From contig NW_021826751.1 of the NCBI RefSeq assembly GCF_006345805.1, positions 1 through 12,026 on the forward strand: DNA of 12,026 nucleotides. The letters are read 5' to 3'. The DNA comes from Octopus sinensis. Its lineage: Eukaryota. The translations under genes and the position numbers were made by a program. The notes under the pieces are model-generated. The model had not been told where the DNA came from, did no database searches, and worked only from the letters and a program-made list of their open reading frames with translations. This document shows positions 1 to 7,523 of the stretch, one piece after another (within the stretch, counting starts at the first letter, position 1; the number at the start of each line of letters is the position of its first letter).

Positions 1-179
1 CATAGTCAAACAAGATCACATATATATATGCATGCGTTCGTTCGCACAATCGCACACATATAAGGCACACACACACACACATACATATATACACACATAC
101 ATACATAGTCAAACAAGATCACAGATATAATATGCATGCGTTCGTTCGCACACACATACACAATCGCACACATAGACAG

Positions 180-223
<44 letters not shown>

Positions 224-250
224 ACACACACACACACACAGCAACACATA
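1..250. repeat. Two-copy tandem repeat (~103 bp unit) with embedded CA microsatellite
   Basis: CATAGTCAAACAAGATCACA...ATGCATGCGTTCGTTCGCACA...ATCGCACACATA..GGCACACAC starts at 1 and again at 104; the second copy has an expanded (CA)n at ~181-245. May continue left of the window. Confidence 0.9.
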
Positions 251-340
251 CGGGTGCCCGTGTACATTTCAACGTAGATAAATAAAAATTCATTTTCACT
301 AACGATGGTTGTTAACAAAAGATCAAACGTATTTTAATGT

Positions 341-453
341 ATGTTTATATTTCTAAACAATAGATGTTTATATTTCTAAACAATACATGTTTATATTTTA
401 AACAATACAATTTTAATATTTTAAACAATATATGTTTATATCTTTAAACAAAG
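341..453. repeat. 23 bp minisatellite, ~5 copies (ATGTTTATATTTCTAAACAATAS)
   Basis: Units start at 341, 364, 387, 409 and 432; the first two are nearly identical, later ones are diverged. Confidence 0.9.
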
Positions 454-639
454 CGCAACGCGTTAAATGTATGGAATTTCTCTTCTGGTTTTCTGAACCA
501 AAAGAATGCATGTGTGAACATATACATATGATATGTGGATGAGAAGATAAAACCTGATTCGAATTTATTTCCAAACTACGTTACACGAAGTATAAACGCC
601 TGTTTAGATTCGTTTAAACACATAAGCATGTAGCTGATC

Positions 640-662
640 ATGTGTGTATGTATAAGTGCTAT

Positions 663-698
<36 letters not shown>

Positions 699-837
699 CG
701 TGTATGTGTGTATGTATGTAGTATGTATGTATTATGTATGTATGTATGTATGTGTGTGTGTATGCATGTATGTATGTATGTGTGTATGTAGTATGTATGT
801 AGTATTATGTATGTGTGCTTGTATGTATGTGTGTGTG

Positions 838-909
<72 letters not shown>
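640..909. repeat. Compound microsatellite (TG)n/(TATG)n then (TA)n
   Basis: Read directly: (TG)n ~666-695, TATG variants to ~840, (TA)n ~840-909 with one interruption. Confidence 0.95.
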
Positions 910-910
<1 letters not shown>

Positions 911-929
911 CAAGTATTATTTATATATA

Positions 930-1123
930 TCATTGTTTGTTAGGCTACGGCCATCCGGGACAGGGACTGGAAATTATTTCTTTCTGCTTTTTTTTCTTTG
1001 AAAAGTTGGCACACTTTTGCCGAACGGTTAAGTTACGGGGATGTAAACGTACCAACAATGGTTTTCAAGTGATGGTGGTGGTAAGGGGATAAACACAAAC
1101 ACACACACATACATACACGTACA

Positions 1124-1163
<40 letters not shown>

Positions 1164-1322
1164 AGGCTTCTTTCAGTTTCCGTCTACTAAATCCTCTCAC
1201 AAGGCATGGGTCGATCCGAGGTTATAGTAAAAGACACTTGCCTGAGGAAGCCATGCAGTGGGACTGAACCCAGAACCATATGTGACTGGGAAGCAAACTT
1301 CTTACTGCACACTCACACCTGC
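930..1322 (-). mobile_element. SINE family A (tRNA head + core + internal microsatellite + 3' tail), diverged copy
   Basis: 1163-1322 is the reverse complement of the head/core seen at 4595-4748 (GGCTTCTTTCAGTTTCCGTCTAC, AGACACTTGCC, GTGGGACTGAACC); (CA)n at ~1090-1162; ~1010-1095 matches the reverse complement of the tail at 4790-4870 (TTTTGCCGAAC..TAAGTTACGGGGA.GTAAAC). Left boundary approximate. Confidence 0.8.
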
Positions 1323-2164
1323 ATCTATATGCATATAAATACATGTATGTATGTTTGTGTGCGTGTGTGCGTGTGTGTATGATTTTGGAAGCAACTTCGG
1401 AGTTCGAACCCCACTTCTATCGTAAGCCCAAAAGCGATAATATCAAAAGTGACATCATAACTTCGAACATCCAAATAAGGCGACTTAGCCTAAATACGTA
1501 ACATCACGCATAATCAATGCGTGTATTGTGCGCATATGTGTAAGTGTCTGTGTGACTATAGGACTATGTGCACGCGTGTGCGCTCGCATGTGTATGTATG
1601 CGTGAATATAGATTGTGTATAGCTAATAATATATTGCTTTCACGCTATTTCTTGATGTCTGTCAGTGGTCTTGTTTTTATGGTTTTCTGGGTTAAATAAT
1701 GAACAACCAAACAACATTCTCCTTGTTATTTATGTCTTTTAAACTGAGAACTGTTAGAGCGGAAGTTGACTTCACCGCCAATATCAGTTAGCATAATGAG
1801 CGCGTGGCGCCTAGTCAGGTGTGTTGGCGTTATAAAGCTGTCACACAAACGACGCCCCCTTTGCGACGTGCGTACAGGTATTTTATTCATTTCGTATGTA
1901 GTAATAATAATTGTTACGATTAGATAATACATGGTGGAAATAAGAGAGTCTTTGGCGCAGATGCAGACCAGAAAGCTGAGTGCATTGTTGTAGGAAAGCA
2001 ATAAGCGGAAAGGACTGAGACATGGGTTTGGCCAGCAAAACCATCTGACAGTGACGTCAGTGAAACTTCAATCGCCCACCACAGGAAATACTCCGGCAAA
2101 AACATCAACAACAACGACAATATGACGAGTACAATAGCAATTACACCTGAACCACCCTACCTGT

Positions 2165-2786
2165 AATAATCTTTTCTACTCTAGGCACAAGGCCTGAAAT
2201 TTGGGGGGAGGAGGTCAGTCGATTACATCGATCCCAGTATGCAACTGGTACTTAATTTATCGACTCCCGAAAGGATGAAAGGTAAAGTCGACCTCGGTGG
2301 AATTTGATCTCAGAACGTAAAGACAGACGAAATACCGCTAAGCATTTCGCCCAGCGTACTAACGTTCCCTATTTCTTTATTGCCCACAAGGGGCTAAACA
2401 TAGAGGAGACAGACAAGGACAGACAAAGGGAATGAGTCGATTACATCAATCCTAGCGCGTAACTGGTACTTAATTTATCGACCCCGAAAAGATGAAAGGC
2501 AAAGTCGACGTCGGCGGAATTTCAACTCAGAACGTAACGGCAGACGAATTACCTATTTCTTTATTACCCACAAGGGGCTAAACATAGAGGGAACAAACAA
2601 GGACAGACATAGGTATTAAGTCGATTACATCGACCTCAGTGCGTAACTGGTACTTAATTTATCGACCCCGAAAGGATGGAAGGCAAAGTCGACCTCGGCG
2701 GAATTTGAACTCAGAACGTAATGGCAGGCGAAATACCGCTAAGCATTTCGTCCGACGTGCTAACGGTTCTGCCAGCTCGCCGCCTT
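2165..2786 (-). mobile_element. SINE family B, trimeric (three tandem core units)
   Basis: Minus-strand head AAGGCGGCGAGCTGGCAGAA..GTTAGCACG (A-box-like) and B-box GAGTTCAAATTCC; the core GTCGATTACATCGA...GGTACTTAATTTATCGAC.CCGAAAGGATGAAAGG.AAAGTCGAC occurs three times (units ~2165-2368, 2369-2552, 2553-2786); candidate TSD TACCTGTAATAAT (2158-2170) / TACCTATAATAAT (2790-2802). Confidence 0.9.
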
Positions 2787-2849
2787 CCTTACCTATAATA
2801 ATATTATCCCTACAGTGGTTGATATTGGCATTAATATATAGAGTAGCAA

Positions 2850-2956
2850 AAGGCAGCGAGCTGGCCGAATCGCTAGCACGCCAGACAAAAATTCCTAGCA
2901 GCGTTTTGTTCATCTTTACGTTCTGAAGTTCAAATTCCGCCGACGTCGATTTTGCC
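2850..2956 (+). mobile_element. SINE family B, 5' fragment (head to start of core)
   Basis: AAGGCAGCGAGCTGGCCGAATCGCTAGCACGCC...TTTACGTTCTGAAGTTCAAATTCCGCCGACGTCGATTTTGCC is a diverged reverse complement of ~2683-2786. Confidence 0.85.
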
Positions 2957-2995
2957 TGAAGAAGGCTGGAGGGTTTATCAACCGAAACGTTGTGT
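2956..2995 (+). ncRNA. Minimal type-I hammerhead ribozyme motif (Penelope-like-element type), stem I largely lost
   Basis: CTGAAGA (2956-2962, CUGANGA), extra A, stem II GGCTG/CAACC (4 of 5 pairs, 2964-2968 with 2979-2983), GAAA (2984-2987), palindromic AACGTT, then UH. Stem I 5' strand appears replaced by the abutting SINE-B fragment. Confidence 0.6.
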
Positions 2996-3053
2996 CAACA
3001 ACAAGCATGATGAGGACAAATATCCGTCAAATGTAAATAATGTAAATAATGTA
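2956..3053 (+). mobile_element. Probable Penelope-like element terminal fragment
   Basis: Hammerhead motif followed ~45 nt later by a short tandem tail AATGTAAAT-AATGTAAAT-AATGTA (3030-3053). Minimal hammerheads are an established hallmark of PLE termini; no PLE ORF is present. Confidence 0.45.
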
Positions 3054-3076
3054 CTATAGGAAGTTATTGTAAAAAC

Positions 3077-3330
3077 GTGGAGGTGCGTCGCTAAATAGTT
3101 AGGGCTTTGCACTCACCATCGCATTGTTATGGTTTCGATTCTTACACCGAGCAATGTGCAGTGTTCTTGAGTAAAACACTCCATTCCACGCTGCTTCGGT
3201 CCGTTTAGCTGGCAAAAATGAATAATCCTACTTAAGGAGTGTGTGTGTGGAATATATACCTCCACAGAATCCGGGAAATCGGCCTCATCATCGTTATGGA
3301 ATGAAAGAGACGATGGTTAATGTTGTTCGT
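3077..3330 (+). mobile_element. SINE family C-related, degraded copy
   Basis: Decayed tRNA-like head with B-box-like GGTTTCGATTC (3131-3141), then GTGTTCTTGAGTAAAACACT...TTCCACG...TAGCTGGCAAAAATGA matching the core at ~11335-11400. Right boundary approximate. Confidence 0.65.
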
Positions 3331-3439
3331 CCAATTCTGAAGACAAGACTGGTTGATCGAGTATCAGGAAACTAACTGACCAGTCAACCAGAAACCCAGC
3401 CACGAAAAGAACAAGAGCACCAACATAACTAACAAACTG

Positions 3440-3746
3440 GTAAAGACCCCCTTCGTTCTTGGATGGCCATGGGATTGTTCCCCTCCGAGGCACTAGTCCG
3501 GGCAAGGTTGTTATGTCACAAGACTAGTAGTCGCCTATATATACAAGCTTGCCCTCTCCACGCCACTGATGTTATCCAAGGGAAAAGCAAGGGCCGATAC
3601 AGCTTGGCGCCAGTGACGACAGCTGAGTCAACAGGAGCAACGTGAAATAAAGGGGCTTGCTCAAGAACACAACACGCAGCCTGGTCCAGGAATCGAACTC
3701 ATTACCTCATGACTGTGAGTGCGATGCTCTAACCACTGAGCCATGC
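3440..3746 (-). mobile_element. SINE family C (tRNA head + shared core + distinct 3' body)
   Basis: Minus strand: A-box TGGCTCAGTGG (3743-3733), B-box GAGTTCGATTCC (3700-3689), core GCGTGTTGTGTTCTTGAGCAAG..CTTTATTTCACGTTGCTCC..TGACTCAGCTG shared with 11261-11390. Left boundary approximate. Confidence 0.85.
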
Positions 3747-3750
3747 ATAG

Positions 3751-3907
3751 AATAAAATCACCTAATTAGACATTTATCTGTTGCCTGACTTAGTAACAAA
3801 CTTCTTATATAAGTTACTTAAAATATTATCAAGTTATATAAGGCAAACCATTGTTGCATTCTGATGATAAGGCATTTACCGCGTTAGAAACAGATGTTTC
3901 GGTTTAA
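3751..3907 (+). repeat. 157 bp dispersed direct repeat, copy 1 (copy 2 at 6515-6671)
   Basis: AATAAAATCACCTAATTAGAC...CAGATGTTTCGGTTTAA; 154/157 identical to 6515-6671 (three A/G or C/T transitions). Confidence 0.97.
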
Positions 3908-3961
3908 CTAACTAACTAACTAACTAACTAAATAAATAAATAAACAAATGAATAAATAAAT
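3906..3961 (+). repeat. (CTAA)n grading into (TAAA)n microsatellite
   Basis: AACTAACTAACTAACTAACTAACTAAATAAATAAATAAACAAATGAATAAATAAAT, directly after duplicate copy 1. Confidence 0.9.
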
Positions 3962-4463
3962 TGTAACTGCTAAGATCGAAACCGCAACAAATGAAACAAC
4001 AAAAGCAATGACAGGAAACACAACAACAGACAATGACAAGACACATCAAAGGCAGCTAAAAGCGCATCAACCTAGCCCACCCTACAAGTCTGAAAACGAT
4101 AGCAATAGTGATTTGATTGAAAGGCCAATTGAAATTTAAAACAGATGCGGTATTGAAATCCCCCGCCTATACAGGTCAAGTACCAAAAGCGTGTTGATGA
4201 AACTTTCCTGGAAGCCTAGCGTACGTTTCGCGAGAAATTCCCACGCGACGTGGGAATTTTACGAAGCGAAAACGTCGCTGGAAAAAACGATTTTCAAGAA
4301 CACTCCATCATGAAGAGCAGATTATCCGTTTTTCGAAACCAAGGCGAGTGACCTTTGTCAATTCTTCCTCGTAGCATGGCCGTACTAAGAAATATTAGCC
4401 TGAATGTAAGTAGTATGCAGTCAGCTTTGAAGCAGTCACACACTTAACGACTTCAGTTAACGA

Positions 4464-4494
<31 letters not shown>

Positions 4495-4576
4495 ACACAC
4501 ACACACACATACATACGCACGTACACACACACACATACACACACACGGATGTATGTATATGTATATATGCATATAT
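4464..4576. repeat. Inverted compound microsatellite (TG)n|(AC)n plus TA/TG tail
   Basis: (TG)n 4464-4494 abuts (AC)n from 4495 around a GTAC centre. Confidence 0.9.
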
Positions 4577-4594
4577 GTTTTGTATTTTGATTTA

Positions 4595-4993
4595 GGCGTG
4601 GGAGTGGCTATGTGATAAGTAGCTTGCTAACCAACCACATGGTTCTGGATTCAGTCCCACAGCGTGGCACCTTGGGCAAGTGTCTTCTACTATACTCTCG
4701 AGCCTTGTGAGTGAATTTGGTAAACGGAAACTGAAAGAAGCCCGTCGTATATATGTATGCATATATAAGTATGTGTGTGTAAATGTTTGTGCCTATGTTT
4801 GTCCCCCCAACATCGCTTGACAACTGATTCTGGTGTGTTTACGTCCCCGTAACTTAGCGGTTCGGCACAAGAGACCAATAAAATAAGTACTAGGCTTACA
4901 CAGAATAAGTCCTGGGATCGATTTGCTCGACTAAAGGCGGTGCTCCAGCATGGCCACAGTGAAATGACTGAAATTAGTAAAAGATTAAAAGAG
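4595..4993 (+). mobile_element. SINE family A, near full length
   Basis: Head GGCGTGGGAGTGGCTATGTGATAAGTAGC, B-box-like GATTCAGTCCC, core CACCTTGGGCAAGTGTCTTCTACTATA...AACGGAAACTGAAAGAAGCCCGTCGT (ends 4748), TA/TG microsatellite, tail GTCCCCCCAACATCGCTTGACAAC...GGTGCTCCAGCATGGCC...AAAAGATTAAAAGAG. Confidence 0.92.
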
Positions 4994-5189
4994 TATAGTT
5001 GCAATCACCAAGGCCAGGTAAAACACATTCTCGCTCCTTCACCATGCTTACGAAGTATATCCCTGTTTCGGTCGCCCCATGTCGAGCAGAATAACAGTGT
5101 GGTTTCGAAAAAAAATCTTGACGTAAAACCGATCTGTCTGGATGTAGTAAAGGATTATTTTCCACTGTGTTGTGACAGCTAGACTCTTT

Positions 5190-5505
5190 CAGGCAGCTAG
5201 AATAATAATTAGACGTGAATGGTATGTTATATGCACGCTGGGATTTGGAGGAAATAGGTTGACAGAATATTAGAGTGTAATAGCTGAGCAGAAATATAGA
5301 TGTGCTGGGCACATCGTGCGACTGAAGGGCAACGGATGGACACTCAAGGTGACGGAATGGACAAGATTAAGAGGGCGAACAAAAACAAGATGGCGACATG
5401 ATCTCACCGCTACGACTGGACAGAGACAGACAGCGGTGGAATGAGTTTAGGGAGGGGTTCATTCTTCAGGAGTGATGAAGCCCTAGATAAGGATAAGGAT
5501 AAGGA
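5190..5505 (+). mobile_element. RTE-clade LINE 3' end, decayed, with (GATAAG)n tail
   Basis: From 5292 translates KYRCAGHIVRLKGNGWTLKVTEWTRLRGRTKTRWRHDL, and after a frameshift DRQRWNEFREGFILQE* (stop 5473-5475), matching the RTE ORF C-terminal pattern KWRWAGH..R....RWT..V.EW....RGRP..RW.D; tandem tail GATAAG x3 at 5486-5505. 5' boundary approximate. Confidence 0.85.
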
Positions 5506-5804
5506 ATAACCGAGCAAATATGAACAAATATGTCCAACAGCTTTATTGCTCGGATTTTCTGAATAATCTATGGTTGTTACAGTTGTTTCAGAACAAGGCA
5601 GGGGGTCAGAAGTTTTGCGAGGTGTGAGTGGATAACATTAATTCTAATACTAGACTGGTATTAATCGTTCGTTCTTTTAAATTTATATTCGTTGGGTTTC
5701 CCCAACCGGGCTTGGAGCGTCGTTGTTCTGTCCTCATTAAACAGGACGTGGGAGTCTTCACTAGTTTAACATTGTTTAAATTATAATTGCGAAATTTTAT
5801 AATT

Positions 5805-6089
5805 CATCATCATCATTGTTCGACCGTGGTCGAGACAATGGAATTTACCATGCTACGCCAGACTTCACGGTCCATCATGGCATTACGGAGGTCCTGTTGC
5901 TGGATGCCTGTATCCTGGAGATTACAACAGGGTAGGAGAGTGTGCGCCCTCTGGTATTGCGAGTAGATGGCTTCCAGAGGAGAAGAGTAGAAATTACTTC
6001 TTTTTCAGCTCTACAACAATGTCCAGCAAACTGGACTCTCCTACCTTTCACAAGAGATGACACAGGTGGTAGTTTCCCATATATTTGTG
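5805..6089 (-). mobile_element. RTE/RTE-X-like LINE, 5'-truncated 3' end with (TGA)n tail and 12 bp TSD
   Basis: Minus strand reads QIYGKLPPVSSLVKGRRVQFAGHCCRAEKEVISTLLLWKPSTRNTRGRTLSYP, then after a frameshift TGIQQQDLRNAMMDREVWRSMVNSIVSTTVEQ*; (CAT)4 at 5805-5816; exact flanking AATTTTATAATT at 5793-5804 and 6090-6101. Confidence 0.88.
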
Positions 6090-6207
6090 AATTTTATAAT
6101 TACTAATGTCTGAAACCAAGTTTATTCGATCGGAAGTGATTAGGGCGCTCAACGAATACATTATGGAACAAAATGATTTACCCAATAGCACAAGTACAGT
6201 TTTTCTA

Positions 6208-6450
6208 CTGGTACTCCGTAGGTTTCGACGATGAGCTTACCAGTTGGTCCGATTAACAGAACGGTCCTCTTGTGAAATTAACGTGCAAGCGGCCGATCGC
6301 TCCACCGACACACGTACCTCTAACATAGTTCTGTGTGACAAAGAATTTGACAAGGCCAGCCCTTTGAAATACAGATATAACACATTTTTGCCAACTGAGT
6401 GAACTGGAGCAACAGGAGAAAAGTGTCTCGCTCAAGGACAAAGAGCACCG
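6208..6450 (-). mobile_element. SINE family C, headless/5'-truncated copy
   Basis: Reverse complement GTCCTTGAGCGAGACACTT...CACTCAGTTGGCAAAAATG...CTGTATTTCAAAGGG...CTTGCACGTTAATTTCAC...CGTCGAAACCTACGGAGT is collinear with ~11339-11578. Confidence 0.88.
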
Positions 6451-6489
6451 CTAGGAAGTACATATTGTTAATGCTACCAATAAAAGAGG

Positions 6490-7490
6490 GTTTAGTATTA
6501 GACTATTCCGAAACAATAAAATCACCTAATTAGACATTTATCTGTTGCCTGACTTAATAACAAACTTCTTATATAAGTTACTTAAAATACTATCAAGTTA
6601 TATAAGACAAACCATTGTTGCATTCTGATGATAAGGCATTTACCGCGTTAGAAACAGATGTTTCGGTTTAAACGTCTTCATTTCGGTCTTACAAAGAGTA
6701 TTCTGTATTTCCGAAGAATTACAGATAATCTTCTTAACGGAAACGAGTTGGAAGGCACGTACACCTATTTAGACTTTGTCTATGTGTGAAGACCGACTTT
6801 AAGCCGTAGTTAAGCCTATCTTTAAGCCTGGTTGACAATATGTCGTGTTTGACGCAGTCAATTTAACCGAAGCTTTCGATATCATACTCATATAATTTCT
6901 TAGTCGGCAACCTCTGGTTACGCACAACTGATTCAGAGATAACGTTTTCAGAACCAAATATTTCAACGAGTCCTTTTAGAGAGATTCCTTGAATGATTCA
7001 GTCAATAACAACGTCTTTATCTAAATTCTTAAAAGTTACCCGTAGATTTAACATGACACTAATGAAGACAAATGTAAAATGTTCCAATGAATCTCTATTC
7101 TAGCTTATTCAATTAGCCTTAACTAACTGCGTCCTGAACGTTCACGTTTAAATCCGCTTTAAGAAATTACTATCTCTACCTCATATCGCTTAGTTCGTGT
7201 GATAAGTTCCTCGTTTCTTTGAAAGAATAAGTCATGTCATCAACGATCAGTTTCCGCTTTCAAGGAAAGCTATAACGTCATTGAGTGATTCAGCATTTGT
7301 TATGGAATCTGTCAAAGTGAAAACATTTGCTGTTTATTGCGGAAACGGACGTCTCTGAAGCTGATATTGGGTTCACAGTTAATCACAAGGATGCGTCTAT
7401 GGTAGGCGGTTATATATAGTCTCTAAATTTCGTAATGAAAAATTATTGCGCGGTAGAAACAGGTCAAAATGTGGCACAACTTTTTGAAGC
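6490..7490 (+). pseudogene. Highly decayed non-LTR retrotransposon ORF2 (pre-RT and RT region; CR1/L2/Jockey-like)
   Basis: Ordered but frameshifted motifs: KLLKILSSYI / KPLLH, ALET.CF, YKEYSVFPKNYR (6711-6725 = PKNYR) followed by ATCTTCTTAACG (cf. PISLT), FDAVNLTEAFD (6848-6880; cf. DAxYLDFSKAFD), EIP* (6981; cf. GIPQG), ATGACACTAA (7053; cf. DDTK). Inter-motif spacings are roughly 30% shorter than canonical, so many deletions must be assumed. Confidence 0.5.
6515..6671 (+). repeat. 157 bp dispersed direct repeat, copy 2
   Basis: 154/157 identical to 3751-3907; offset 2764 bp. Confidence 0.97.
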
Positions 7491-7523
7491 AAATGATTAA
7501 CCATCAACAACAACGTCAACAAC

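Noticed and set aside
6-1092. ORFs 6-299, 109-318, 640-1092 and 662-913
   Set aside because: Produced by CA/TG/TA microsatellites (CVCV, HTHT, YIYI) and a SINE tail.
1399-1411. Isolated B-box GGAGTTCGAACCC
   Set aside because: No A-box at suitable spacing and no SINE body; a single short motif is not enough to call a Pol III gene or TFIIIC site.
1726-2120. Minus-strand ORFs 1726-2001 and 1920-2120
   Set aside because: Short, no recognisable domain, no convincing exon structure.
2165-2786. Repeat-spacer-like pattern suggestive of a CRISPR array
   Set aside because: Units are ~185-230 bp, the intervening linkers are themselves homologous, and there is a tRNA-like head; eukaryotic SINE multimer, no cas genes.
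5510-5706. Short hairpins CCGAGCAA/TTGCTCGG (5510-5553) and GTTGGG-TTTC-CCCAAC (5691-5706)
   Set aside because: 6-8 bp stems are expected by chance in 12 kb; no supporting context.
3751-6671. 157 bp direct repeats as LTRs of a retrotransposon
   Set aside because: No TG...CA termini, PBS, PPT or flanking TSD; the interior is unrelated SINE and LINE fragments.
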